The notes beneath the pieces were generated by a model. It did no database searches, was not told the DNA's origin, and saw only the letters and a program-made list of their open reading frames with translations. A stretch of 63,017 nt of DNA, the filler included, from Rhabdomonas costata (lineage: Eukaryota): NCBI GenBank assembly GCA_019059605.1. It is 51 parts of 51 records of this genome, joined end to end, with 100 filler letters (N's around TTAATTAATTAA, not from the genome) between each part and the next. Parts side by side here need not be neighbours in the genome. Positions count along the whole stretch, not along the records: positions 35,905 to 37,042 come from JAHMHO010026740.1; positions 37,143 to 38,280 come from JAHMHO010026741.1; positions 38,381 to 39,518 come from JAHMHO010026742.1; positions 39,619 to 40,755 come from JAHMHO010026743.1; positions 40,856 to 41,992 come from JAHMHO010026744.1; positions 42,093 to 43,226 come from JAHMHO010026745.1; positions 43,327 to 44,463 come from JAHMHO010026746.1; positions 44,564 to 45,700 come from JAHMHO010026747.1; 43 more parts are not named here. One strand, given 5' to 3'. Numbering within the stretch: the stretch's first letter is position 1; each line of letters starts with the position of its first letter. This document shows positions 36,791-49,623 of the stretch, one piece after another. The position numbers and the translations under genes are program-made.

Positions 36791-38476
36791 GTTTGCATTG
36801 GCCTTTTCTTACACCCACACTGAGCCTGGTTGCTGTTCGGTAACGTTTGAAGTCAAAAAACAATGATCCACCAGCCTAAAATACTCCTTCCTCTTCCGCA
36901 GAGTTTCTTTTTGGCGAGCTCAAGCAGTTTGGTGTGTTCTGGTGTTTTAGAGCTTGCCGCGCCGCATCGGTTCGGTTTCGCTTCTTTGTTTCAGAGGTGT
37001 AGGTGACACACACAAACACGCAAGCGCAAGCAAAGAAAAGAGNNNNNNNNNNNNNNNNNNNNNNNNNNNNNNNNNNNNNNNNNNNNTTAATTAATTAANN
37101 NNNNNNNNNNNNNNNNNNNNNNNNNNNNNNNNNNNNNNNNNNTTTTATGTGTCAATTTACTTCAATTTTTTTTAATTCGTTTGGTGACTTGGGAGAGGAG
37201 GGCAAGGGTTTCCTTGGGTGGGGTGGGAGTGGGGGTCGAATCCATTGAGCTTCTGTCTTCTTGCGAACGAACAGGAGCGACAGCACAGAAAGCAAGAGCT
37301 TGAGGAGCAGAAGGTGCTGAAGGCCAAGGCAAGCATTGAAAAGGCGTGGCCGAGCCTGCCATTGCTCCTTCCTTCCTTCCTTCCCGGCTCCCTGAATTTG
37401 TCTTCTTCCTTTCCAGTGAACACTTTGTCGTTTCTTCGGCCGAAGTTGTATGGTCTAATTTCATCAATCGTGAATCTGAATCAGGTACAATTCCAATTGG
37501 TGGTAAGTTTTTTGTGCGATGACATGCACGTCAGTGCGCCACAACAGTTCAGTGAATGATGCATCAGCATTAACAATAGCAACCACCAAGCAACCAACAA
37601 AGCTAACAAAGCCAACGGCGCCCGGAATAAAACGAACAAGGTGGGAACCCGCAATGGCGGTCTCTATTTCAGCGCAAAATTAATCTCGGCGTAAAATCTC
37701 GGCGCACAGACCAACAAACACACAGATCACCCAGACGCTATCCCCACTCCACTCGTAAAACTCACAGAAGACACAAAAACAGCGGGGCGGTAGCAAGAAG
37801 CACGCATTACTGGATAGGGCGTGTGAAGACCAAATGACACCCAGAACACACAACGGCCTCCTGTTATAGTCATTATTATTTTTACTCTTTGTTTTATTTC
37901 ATTACCCCAGACATTCCTTCATCCGCTATTTTGTGACCGCCCCTGATAGAGCAGATAGGACGACGGATGTAGAGACAATTTTTTGGGGAAATTTGGAATC
38001 GAGATCATGATGATGATTGCTGAACTTCGATGTTTGGGTCATCGTTAAAATTCGCCCAGATTTGTTGCTTCCAATCCTTGATCTTCCCTACTGTTATTTT
38101 CGCGCAGCGATCTGCCAAGAAGCCTGCATCATAAGTGTTCGTCTCGGCCTGCACCCCCCTCCCCATATTCTTTTCGCACTGTAGATTCTGTTCGTCTGCT
38201 TTGTGTGTTTGGTGGGCTTGTCTGTGGTGCCTGTGCATGCGGTTGTATGTTGGAAACAAGCAGAGGGCACTCCGTCCCTCNNNNNNNNNNNNNNNNNNNN
38301 NNNNNNNNNNNNNNNNNNNNNNNNTTAATTAATTAANNNNNNNNNNNNNNNNNNNNNNNNNNNNNNNNNNNNNNNNNNNNGTGGTGGGGTGGGTATTCTC
38401 AAATCATGGGGCAGACAATAAGGCTGCTTTGTCACCCACCACGTCTCCTTGCTTTCGTCGGCTCCTTCTGTACTAG

Positions 38477-38945
38477 GACTGCACTCAAATCGAGGGTGCG
38501 ATTGCCTTTGTGGACATCAGCGGCTTCAGCGCGCTGGCCAACGCTCTCGCGAACCAGGGCGCCAAGGGGGCGATGCTGATGTCCAAGGTCCGTGGCTGTT
38601 TTCATGGGTCGTGAATTGTTTAATCTTTGGATCCCTCTCGCGTAGTTCGTAATTCTGGCGTTTTTCGCCTCTTCGACAATTCCTCTGGCGTGCAGTACAT
38701 CAACGACTACCTGTCCTGCTTGATCGAAGTGGTATACTCCTCGGGCGGTGACATCGTGGCTTTCGCCGGAGACGCCTTTTTGGCGCTCTGGGAGTACAGC
38801 CCTACGAGGGACACCCAGCGCGCCCCTCTGATGCGGGCCACGCAGTGCGCGCTGAAGCTGCAGGAGCAGTTCAACCACTACCAAGTTCCGAGCACCTCGA
38901 TTGTATTGAAGATCCACGTGGGGCTGGCCTACGGAAGCTTTTTGG
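38477..38945 (+). CDS. Soluble adenylate cyclase (ADCY10/sAC-like) first cyclase domain, two exons
   Basis: Exons 38477-38587 and 38696-38945: GAIAFVDISGFSALANALANQGAKGAMLMSK|YINDYLSCLIEVVYSSGGDIVAFAGDAFLALW...RATQCALKLQ...LKIHVGLAYG. Both metal-binding Asp (VDISGF, AGDA) are intact. Confidence 0.9.
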
Positions 38946-39618
38946 GTTCGTTTAGTTCGTTCTTTGCCTACATTTGTGAAGGTCGTTTAGTCACTGGAAT
39001 TCCCGGGAAGACCGTTTTTTGGTGCTAATTGAGCTTTGCTTGTGCATTGCATGTTGTATGTGACATAGTTTCTGAATAAGTTACTCAGGATAACCGATTG
39101 AAGGTACATCATACTTAACCAGATTTTATGAGACCCTCGAGGTCCGTGTGCATGCTTAAGTAAGGTATGGCCTTTCTTTTCAAGCATGTTCTCTTCCTCG
39201 CTGTGTTTATTTTCATTCTTTTCAATCACACAAGTTTTTTTGTGATTAGCTGGTTGCTAACATGAAAGAAACCGTTCGTTTTGATTGGCCTCCTCCCTGA
39301 GATGAAAGGCTATACCAACCCGATGAAGTCGCAGCGTCCCCGAATCAAACCAAAAAAAAATAGGCTTTCTCATCGAAAGCGGTGGCCGCAGCCTGTACCT
39401 CCTCGCCGGCCGACCTCTGGTGAACATCGGCAATGCCGTGGAAGCCGCCGCCTCGGGCCAGGTCCTTTGCGCCCATCCCGTCATTTGAAGGCTTTGATTT
39501 TATTCTTCCGCGAACGTGNNNNNNNNNNNNNNNNNNNNNNNNNNNNNNNNNNNNNNNNNNNNTTAATTAATTAANNNNNNNNNNNNNNNNNNNNNNNNNN
39601 NNNNNNNNNNNNNNNNNN

Positions 39619-39837
39619 TGTTGTGGTGCTACAGGGCCCCGGACGACGGAGCAACAGCCGTGGTGGGTTTCGTTTCGGACGATAGTTGTGCTGATCAGTT
39701 CTGTATCCGCGGTAGGGGTGTTTGTTGCGGTGTTTGTAGGCTGGAAGGTGGTGCAATTCTGCATGCGCCCCAAGAACCACATGGAGCTCGTTGATGAGGC
39801 TCCTGACGGTCCTTCCGCTTCAGCGAACCTCCCGTGA
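39619..39837 (+). CDS. C-terminus of a probable single-pass membrane protein
   Basis: Open frame ...WWVSFRTIVVLISSVSAVGVFVAVFVGWKVVQFCMRPKNHMELVDEAPDGPSASANLP*: a hydrophobic helix then a short tail. Confidence 0.5.
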   Translation, partial: CCGATGPRTTEQQPWWVSFRTIVVLISSVSAVGVFVAVFVGWKVVQFCMRPKNHMELVDEAPDGPSASANLP

Positions 39838-40527
39838 GCTTGCTTGCGGCTGAATCAGAAAAAGAACACTATTCGCGTAACTGCAGGCATCTCTTGTTGT
39901 TGCCCTGCTGTGGTTTTGGTTCCTCGAGATACATTTTTGTTGTCATGTGCTGTGCTTTTAGTCTTTCACGGAAGCACCGCTGTCTCGAAAGCTTGGGAAC
40001 CAGATTCCCATTTGCTGGACTTCCTCAAGCTACTGAAACTTAAACTTCTGTAGAAGGAGAATTGGGTGAAGGCGTGGTGGGTTAAACCACAAACCTCTGA
40101 AAAATTGAAGACATGCATGAACGCTTCACGGGTTGGGAGCATTTCCGCTTTCAGGTCGACACCTTTTTCGGAAATGGGTAAGAGAATCGTCAAGAAAAAG
40201 GGACCCTCGAAAATGGCTATTGTTAAACTCCGGCGTCGTCCATCTCTCTTAATTTTTGCTTGTTTTTTTTTTCGCCTCTGCCAATGGGGGCTTCTCTCCC
40301 TTACCTGCAGAGGCTCCTATGGGGTGGTGGTGTGCACCGCTGTAACCTCGTATTTGCTGTTTTGGTGCGTTTTTGTCCCCAACTTTGTGTCTCGGTTGCC
40401 TGGGAGATTTTTAACCGTCCCAGTTGTCCTAAACGTGCGTTACTTTTTGTGTTAGAAATCTCGCTGGCGGCTGCTTTGCCGCCGTCCCGGTCAAGCGCAA
40501 TTCCCTCTGTACTGGGCAAGGTATAGA

Positions 40528-40725
40528 ATGGCCCTGCCTGGACTAGGGACTTTGCTGCTCCAGCTTTTGCTGGTGCCGGTGTGCGTGCTGCGGCCGTGGG
40601 TGTGGGCGGGGCCCGAGGGTGGCCCTGGAGCGCCTGCCCCGGCACAGCCCCTGAACTGCTCGTCGCGGACTCACCTTCTGCTGCACTTCACCGACACGGC
40701 CTCTCTGGAAGCAGCTCGGGAGCTG
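40528..40725 (+). CDS. First exon of a probable signal-peptide-bearing protein
   Basis: MALPGLGTLLLQLLLVPVCVLRPWVWAG... GC-rich, ending at a gtgccc donor. Confidence 0.5.
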
Positions 40726-43677
40726 GTGCCCCCCCCCCCCACACACACCCAACACNNNNNNNNNNNNNNNNNNNNNNNNNNNNNNNNNNNNNNNNNNNNT
40801 TAATTAATTAANNNNNNNNNNNNNNNNNNNNNNNNNNNNNNNNNNNNNNNNNNNNGTGTGTCGGGCGCATAGTGCGCTGGCTGTTGCCTCATTGGTTGCT
40901 GGTGACTGCTGTGGATTCACGGGCGCACGCGTTCCCGTCTACGGGTGCTCGCGGGAACCTCCCTCCCTCTCTCTGCGCATGTGCCCTGCATCTGTGCCTC
41001 CTTTGCCACACCTCACTATTCTCAGTGTGTGTGTATGTACCACGAGGGTCTGGGTATAGGCCACGTAGTCATCGTGGGCAGCCATTAGGGTGCCCTCCAG
41101 GACCTCTGCGAGTCCGCGCCGCGGGCCCCGTGCGCTGTCCGCGGCCTCGTCGGACAGGGGCCACCCCGCAGCACCGCCACCCCGTGACTTTCCTGTCCAC
41201 AACGACAACACATACGCACTCCGGCACAAGGCATTGTGGATGCACCCGACGGTGAGGCCGGGTTGATCTCTTGTGCTTTAACACACGGCTGCAAGTTGGT
41301 GGTGAGGTACCTCTCCACCCACAGCCTATTAGCCTCAGCGAAGGTCCCTGGAATCACCCTTTGGGACAACTCAGACGATTCCGCAGCAGGGTGCATGGTA
41401 CCACGTCTCCCATTCAGGCAAGAATCGCACGCTGCACCGTCCACAAGGGCTGTGTGCCAGTGCGGCACTGTAACGCAATTGTAATGGAAGAGCAAAAGGT
41501 TGGATCCCCGCCTCTGCTAAATCCGAAAAACAATGAATTACTCAACTTAAGTTTGTCCACAAGATGGGGCATTTGCTATTTGTCCTTCGCGCTTGCTGTA
41601 GAGCCTCAAAAACAATGAAAAGGCGGGTCATCTAGAGCTGAGCCCGGTGTGTGTACGTGTGCTAGTGCGTCTGCCCCTTGATGGCAGGCCCGACAGTATC
41701 ACCGCTCGCCCTTCGGTCTATGCCACCATACACCACAGCACTTAACACCACAGGTGTTGATTTCGATTTCCGTTTTCGATGTGCCACAATGGGGAGACTT
41801 CCTCTCCCTTCTTTCAGGTTGCCAAAGCAAAGTCGTGTTCTCGACCCGCCCCGCCCCTCTCCACGCAGATCACCGCTACAGGCGACAGGACTTGAAGAGT
41901 CCAAGTGCGAACCATCGCCCTTGTGCTGGAGACCTGTCAGCTCATTTTCCCGGCGGCGCCTCTCTTTGCATGTTGCCAGCCTCTCCCAACCCNNNNNNNN
42001 NNNNNNNNNNNNNNNNNNNNNNNNNNNNNNNNNNNNTTAATTAATTAANNNNNNNNNNNNNNNNNNNNNNNNNNNNNNNNNNNNNNNNNNNNTGTGTTGT
42101 GGTTCCAGGCTCTCTTAGTGTTCTTGGTTTGGAGGTTGTGTTGTAGTTGGATGGCTTTAGTGGTGTCAATTTTTCTTGTGTTAGTGCCGTACGTGTTCCT
42201 GGTTCTGATGCTGGTGGTATTCCGGGCTCTAGTGGTGTGAGAAAAGTTTGTGCTGGACTCATGTTAGCGCTTGTGGTGTGTTTGTGTCTTAGCGTATCTA
42301 GTGGTGGTTCTACGCTTCTTGTGTGTTCTTGTTTCTGGAGGATGGGATCATGCTGACAGATTTTGGGTATGTTGGTGAGTTAGAGTTAGTGCATTACTAC
42401 CAGTTTTATTCCCTTGGAGGCATCTTTAATCTTCTATACGTGTCTCTCCAGTCGCTTCGCTCCTTCCGACCATGAGTCACTAATACCAGTAGAGGTCGAT
42501 GGTACGTAGGCATGTCTGAGGCACAAAGGCATGCCGTAGTAGTGCATAGATGTAGAAGGCACCTGCGGTAGTAGAGAAATCTGGTAGGAATGCACAATAC
42601 TCCATACACTAACTCACATTATGCCTCCAAAATCCTCAGCCAAACACCCCACAAGAAACAAAAACAGCACAGAAGCACTAAGAACACACAACACAAGCAT
42701 GCACTAAACCAACAACAGGAAGCACACAGCAAGCAACAACATCTCCAGGAACACACACAGTATCATCAAGAACAAGAATATGAAACAGAGAGCCATGGTA
42801 GAGACAGACACAAAGACGGAGCGCATGGTTGACAGGGAGCATGGTTGACAAAACTTGAGACAGAAGAGAAACCGGAGACAGAACATGGACCCTTAGACAC
42901 CCACAAGCACAAGCCTACAGCAAGTACAGCACACACCAACCCTAGCAACTACGACAACAACACCACTACATCAAGTCCAGCGAACAAAAAACCGAACCCA
43001 AGCATCACCCACATCAGTAACCACAAGGCCCACCAACTCCTTTGAAACTCCGACACACGAAGCAGAAATACCAGCCACAACAAGCACTACCAACAAAAGC
43101 AACACACCGACACACAAAGAGAGCAAGAAGGAAGCCACACTGACACCGACACCGACTGGAGACACAGCATGCACCTTACCACCACATCCCACAAACTCAG
43201 CCACAACAACCGTGACACCAACAAAANNNNNNNNNNNNNNNNNNNNNNNNNNNNNNNNNNNNNNNNNNNNTTAATTAATTAANNNNNNNNNNNNNNNNNN
43301 NNNNNNNNNNNNNNNNNNNNNNNNNNTATTCACCAGAGATCATTGGGGGGAGGCCTTCACTTGTGTTGACTCATCCTTGGTGCACGAGGTCTTGAGAACC
43401 GTCCCGATCCGTTCCCCTTCGTGCAGTTGCTAGTTGTAGGCAGCAGCACCCCAATGTATATTTTGTCGAACCTTTTCATCAGCTACTCCCCAGATCTCCC
43501 TGGGTTAAGCTGTGGTTCATTTTACACTCGGACCCATGGCCCGGCTTCATGACTTGGATGGTAACTTTGTGTTTTTTCGGATCGCTGATATACGCTTAAC
43601 CATGGCAAATTCTCTGCCTGGCCCCCGTTCTTTGGGGTTTGGGGGTGGGGGGGAGATGGATGTCGCGTCTTTCCCAG

Positions 43678-44317
43678 GTCCCCTCGTGGGCCACCTACTT
43701 CCCCGTGTACGGCACAATGAAGCCTTTGGTGGCGGCGTGGCTGGGCACCCCGGACACGCACGCTGAGGTGCACATCCTCGCCGCGATTTCCGCTGGCTGC
43801 TTCACCGCCTGCATCACCAACCCCCTGTGGGTGGTGAAAACCCGGATGCAGTCCGAGGGGTACGCTCTGCTCTTCTGTGCTTTCTTCTCACCTCACCCCA
43901 CTCCGCCACACAGGGGCCCCGCTTTGCGCGCGGAGGAGCTGACGGGCGGGGTACGCACCACGGACACCCCCACCATTGAACAGCGTGGAAGGAAATGGGG
44001 GGGGGATCGTTCGCAAAGGAGTCTGTTTTCGGGACACATTGGATAAGGGCGTCGTAATCACAGGGCGTTTTTTTCAAGCTCTCCTGTTTGAAAAAACTGG
44101 GGGTGGGCGACCTAGACTTTGATCGTTTGAGAGACCTCAGTCCCTTACCCAGTCACTTGGCTCCGTGCCCTGCCTTTTCCTTTCCACGGATTTTTTTGTG
44201 CGACAGCCATGGCAGCAATGTGCGAGGAACCCTGCGGCACCTGGTGAAGCAGGATGGCATCCCAGGGTTGTTCAAGGGCTTGAGCGCATCGCTGTTGGGC
44301 ACTTCCCATGCAGGCAT
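43678..44317 (+). CDS. Mitochondrial carrier (SLC25), NAD+/folate/FAD transporter subgroup, two exons
   Basis: Exons 43678-43859 and 44207-44317: PSWATYFPVY...ITNPLWVVKTRMQ...LVKQDGIPGLFKGLSASLLGTSHAG. TNPLWVVKTR.Q and G.SH are typical of NDT1/SLC25A32-type carriers. Confidence 0.9.
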
Positions 44318-46024
44318 GTCCCCCGCTTCCCTTCCCGGCGCGCATCTTAAATGGAAACTAGAGGTTTGTGTTGCATTTCCCGCGCTTCCCTTGATTTTCT
44401 TTTCTTCTTCTTTTTTTGTTTTGATTGTGTTCGAAACAGCGCCCTCACCCCACCCCCCCCACANNNNNNNNNNNNNNNNNNNNNNNNNNNNNNNNNNNNN
44501 NNNNNNNTTAATTAATTAANNNNNNNNNNNNNNNNNNNNNNNNNNNNNNNNNNNNNNNNNNNNTGTGTGCCCGCACGAGGTCCACCCGAAGGGCAACCTG
44601 GAAGTCCGGGGAGCCACCTGCGAGACATGCATATCCGTGTGAAGCGCATGCGAGGAAAGCAGAGCGCACTGTATGATGCGGCGGTGACACATCGATGATC
44701 TTCTGCACTGTGGGCTGGGTATGCGCCCGGTGTTTGCTGGGCCAAAGGGATTCATACATGGCATGGACTTCATGATAGCCAGAATGCTCACCTCACGAAC
44801 TCCCGAATCCCTCTGCCACAGTGGTGCCACGGAAAACCGGCTCACCACCAATAGAACGTCGTCGGGTCTCCGGAGTCGTGTGTCACGTAGACATTTTGGG
44901 AAGGAGTGCATTGTCTTGGGGAAAGGAAGCGGAAAATTTGAATATCATTTGGGCGGTGATAGCAAAGGAAAATGCAAAAACCTCCTGCCCAGAGGGTGTC
45001 AGAATTCTGTTCCATGGAACTGCCTTGCTTACAACTCGACACCCATTCTTTAACGCACACAAGTGAAAGCTGAATTGAAAAGAAGGGAAGCGTGCCAAGC
45101 TGCTTTGCTCCCTTGCACGCACAGCAACCAAATTGCAGCCAAAGGCACAGGGAGACCGTACCTAATAGGCCCCAAAGCTGGCGAACGTACAGCTCCAGCG
45201 CCTGAGGGCAAAAAATAAAGGACGCTTCGCGCAAAAGGGAAGACTGTTTGCAGATAATTGAAAAAAGCAAACCAGCCAATAAAGCTATCACATCCGTTGG
45301 ATTAAGGATTATTTTCGCGCGAAAAAAAGAATGCAAAAGCCAACATGCGATGGTTGGAACCCCTTCCTGCTCCGCATCGGACATGAATCTGAACCTTAAG
45401 CGGGAACCTGTCGGGAAGGGCAGAATGAGTACACGGATTTTTTTGGAAACTTGTTTTTGTCCAAGCAAAGCAAAAATAATCGCAGCCTTAGATAAAAAAA
45501 AGTAGAGTAAAGTGCGAGATATTGCGCATCTATCGCGGTTTTTTTTTTCGCCAAATAAAAGCGTTCACAAAAACATCAGTTGCATGATTCACAGACATCA
45601 GCACACCGTTTGTCATTGCGAGGTTGGAGAGATCCCTGGAACTGCGACAGTCCCTAACCGATCCCCATCTTATCCTCCCACCCGTCTATCACCCCAACCC
45701 NNNNNNNNNNNNNNNNNNNNNNNNNNNNNNNNNNNNNNNNNNNNTTAATTAATTAANNNNNNNNNNNNNNNNNNNNNNNNNNNNNNNNNNNNNNNNNNNN
45801 TGGTTGTTGTGTCTGCAGTCACAAGACCGTTCTGCCAGTGGGAAAGTGCACCAGGCGTGATTTAACCCTCAGCGACGTTACTAGCCCAATCGGTGATCAT
45901 AAAAGGAGCGTCATGATGCGCCATTTACCAAACAAACTGCAGTGGGATGAAGAAGCGGGAGGAATCTAGCGGGATGAAGAAACACGATGTCAGAGGAAGC
46001 CGGATGCTCCACACCCCTGAACAA

Positions 46025-46180
46025 ACTCTTCACTCACCGGAGAGGTGCTCGCAGCCATCCAAGCCCTCCAGAGTAGTAAGCTGGTTGTGCTGGACGGAGA
46101 GCACGGTGAGTCTGTCGAGGGAGCCAAGGTTCTTGCCCTTGGGGTGAAGAGGATCAGAGGTCTACACTCCCGTGTGCGAT
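46025..46180 (+). mobile_element. Short degenerate LINE RT N-terminal fragment
   Basis: LTGEVLAAIQALQSSKLVVLDGEHGESVEGAKVLA resembles EEV..AI..LK..KAPG.DG...E.LK. Confidence 0.4.
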
Positions 46181-47419
46181 GCAGCGAAATTATGTGGGGA
46201 AATCTTTCCTCCCACAAAGAAAGAGACTTTGATGCAACTGAAAAATTATTGTTTACCTATCTGAACAAGACTACGTGAACTTTTTTTTAGGAAAATTCTT
46301 TTTTTATACAAAAATATAGGAAATAGTGACGAATATCATAACCATCCCACAAAAGGAGGTTTAAAGTCACAAGATATATTGAGGTAGTCGACTGGACCCA
46401 ACCAAAGTGTGCTTCCATTAAAAGACAATCAAATTCCAATTAGCGAGAATCACCACACAAAATACTAGCTCACACATTTGAGGTCAGATGATGAATGCAA
46501 CGAAAAGTAAATGAAGCGGCACCTTCAGCGAAGTCAAAGACGTGCCATCCAGCGACAGGTGTTTCCCCTTCCCTGGACGCTGAGAAAAACAGCCAAGAGA
46601 AACAAGGCGAACAAAAAACAACACCAGCCTGGTTTAAAAGTAGGATTCCTCCATTTTTAACAGCAATCGCACATTGACAGGAACACCGCTCCCTTAACCA
46701 GCAGAGAGACCAAATAACCTCTCCTCTGGTCAACCACCAAAAAAGTACCACTTTAAAAAAGTGTTGCCATGAAAAATTGAAATTCCATCATGAATACAAT
46801 GAATTTTCCATTTTAAAATTTTTGTTATTCAAGGCGATCCTTTAATAAACAGAACCGGCGAACCAGAAAACAACACAAAGAAATCATAATAATCATCTAA
46901 AACGATCTTCAGGAAATTAAAGGAAACAAAAAACACANNNNNNNNNNNNNNNNNNNNNNNNNNNNNNNNNNNNNNNNNNNNTTAATTAATTAANNNNNNN
47001 NNNNNNNNNNNNNNNNNNNNNNNNNNNNNNNNNNNNNGTTTTTGGGTCGAAATGGGACCCTTGTTGTGGGGATTATCCTCGGGTATTGTCATATCTCACT
47101 CTTTCATCATCTTTTACTTAAATCCCTCTTGCTGGCGTCATCCATATATGAACGATGTTGCGGTGCAGTAGGAGAAGTAGGAGAAGTGCCCGAGACGCAG
47201 ACTGGATGGGTTGTGATTCGTCACACATCCTTCGGATTGACCTTTTTGCGTCCTTGCAGAGGGTCTCGGAAGATGGGCGGCTTGCAGCCCCCCGTTGTCT
47301 CGCGACGGCGGCAGGGCCGAGGAGGGGATGAGGAACCTCACACCCCTGTGGGCACCACGTGCCAGGGCTGCCGAAGGCATGTGCTCTCAGAACACTTCTT
47401 CCACTTTAAGGAAGTGAGC

Positions 47420-47444
47420 GAGAGAGAGAGAGAGAGAGAGAGAG
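47420..47444. repeat. (GA)12 microsatellite
   Basis: Read directly. Confidence 0.9.
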
Positions 47445-48283
47445 GGGGGAGAGATTCAGATATATACCGTCACAAGTGGCACAGAAGAACCTGAGCTTCA
47501 ATGCTGCCGTGCATATAAGGGCGAACTTGCCTGCGATTGCTGGGGATGATTTCGAAAGTGGCCAGTTACATTTATCGTTTACATAAAGATGGTAACTGAA
47601 TATGATGGGTTACACACGTAATTTTGCCTCACCTGAGTTCTCTTGAGTTGGTTTTATGCGTTCAAGTCTTCCCCGGATTTGCCTTGCACTCCCCTGCGCA
47701 TAGGCCCTTGCTAAGCCGGCGGACCACTGTGCTGCGGATCAGGCAGCTTGCCGGGGAATCTGCGGAGCTGGTGAGCTGTGAGCACACCTGCTTTTCGTCT
47801 TTTGAGCGGCGTGTTTTTTCAGGGTGTGGTGGTCGCGAGGTTTCATGTCCCTGGGGTGCTAAGAAGTGGCAGATGCGGCGAGGCGGCGGGGCGGGCCTTT
47901 TCTCCGCATGGACAGAATTCAGCCCTCACCCCATTTCCGTGATTGCAACGTCAGAGGGTCATTCTAGAATACCATGAGACACACACAGCTCCCGATCTAA
48001 TTTTAGCATGGACCATCACACACCGTTGGCTCGTGTTTAATCTCCACAAAAAGGTGTTTCAAGTCTGCACAGTTCGTTTGCAAAGCGCCACGGGGCATAA
48101 TCCGAATCTTTCTGTTTCCTTCACTTCTCCGGTGTTATCTGGTCGGAAACGTGTTAAGGTGCAGCCTCTTCAAGNNNNNNNNNNNNNNNNNNNNNNNNNN
48201 NNNNNNNNNNNNNNNNNNTTAATTAATTAANNNNNNNNNNNNNNNNNNNNNNNNNNNNNNNNNNNNNNNNNNNNGTGGTTGGT

Positions 48284-48370
48284 GGAGGGTTGGGAGAGTA
48301 CTGGGGGAGGAGGTGTCAGATATCTCCCCCACATCTCACACCTCCTCCCCCAGTACTCTCCCAACCCTCC
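48284..48370. repeat. 33-bp perfect inverted repeat at contig start, probable amplification fold-back
   Basis: 48284-48316 is the reverse complement of 48338-48370. Contig starts at 48275. Confidence 0.9.
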
Positions 48371-49258
48371 CCCAGCCTCCACCCTTCAGCCCAACAGAGC
48401 GTGCCCTTGGAAAGCGAATAGGCTCCGCTCTCGGCAAGGGGCAGGGCACACCTCATGGGTGATGCTGAGGTCACCGCGGTGGGCCTCATCGGTGACGACC
48501 TCCCCGCCAAAGCTGCGGATGACCAGGGAGAGGTGCGTTTGGGGCACCTACAAAAAAGGAGACACAGACCGAGGGCGGCAGAAAAACATGTCCGGGTGGG
48601 TGATGCATTCTGGACACTGTTCGAAAAGGGACATGCCGAAAGAGCGCAGTTGCACTAATATACGTACAAACATACACGGTCTACCACGCTGGTCTACCAC
48701 GCTCGATTATCGTTAGGATGAAGGCAACTCTGGCCCACCCCAATGGAACAAGGGGGCCAGCAGGTGCCTGGTTGGGGTCATAAGTTGCCTGGAGATGACA
48801 GAGTCTCGAGCAGTCGCGAGAATTAAGATGATGACTGAGAAATGTCAATCCCCCCCCCCACACACACAAGTCAGATGTTGGCACTCTTGGGGGTGCTGCT
48901 ACGGTGCCAACTGATGCGAATTTGTTAGGTCAACAAAATCAAAAAGGCACAGAAATGGCCCTTAGACGGCCTCTAAGGCACCCACAAACCGAAGCACTCC
49001 AGCCACTCCGGTTGCAGCAACAAGTAGCCCTAAGATTCACCCTTAAGTATGCTATGCAGCCCGGGTCGAACCCGATGCAAAGGGCCACCAAAGTGTCTGT
49101 CTGGGCCGCATTTCCGGCTTGACCCCTGGCAATTGGCACAGAGGAGGACAGATGGGAGGACAGACCTCCAGAACGACGAAATAATAGGATTTCAGGTACG
49201 TAGACATCCAGTGGAATTGGCTGCAGAAAATGAGCAGAGGAGAGAATGGGCAGTTCAC

Positions 49259-49340
49259 CTCGCACGCTGACCGTGAAGAAGGGCTCGAGGTACGTCAGCG
49301 CGTCCTTGAGGCCGATGTGGGCGATCGTAATCTTCAGCAC
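49259..49340 (-). CDS. AIDA-type C2 domain exon
   Basis: aag|VLKITIAHIGLKDALTYLEPFFTVSVR|gtgaac matches AIDA LTIRIEKIGLKDA...IDP.ITVSV. Downstream exons are unresolved. Confidence 0.75.
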
Positions 49341-49558
49341 CTTTCGGAAAAACCGCACACGACCGTCTGCCACAACCGACCCAACCACAAAAAAGCAGAA
49401 GCAGGTGTTCANNNNNNNNNNNNNNNNNNNNNNNNNNNNNNNNNNNNNNNNNNNNTTAATTAATTAANNNNNNNNNNNNNNNNNNNNNNNNNNNNNNNNN
49501 NNNNNNNNNNNACATTTGTGGGGGCGGTGAATGAATAAATGGATGAATGAGTCACTTT

Positions 49559-49559
<1 letters not shown>

Positions 49560-49621
<62 letters not shown>
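49560..49621. repeat. (AC)31 microsatellite
   Basis: Read directly. Confidence 0.97.

Positions 49622-49623
<2 letters not shown>

Noticed and set aside
44313..44320. Possible GC-AG or nonconventional donor in the SLC25 gene (also considered at 38935 and 26812)
   Set aside because: A GT donor in the right phase lies within a few nucleotides in each case (44318, 38946, 26814). I found no intron that requires nonconventional borders.
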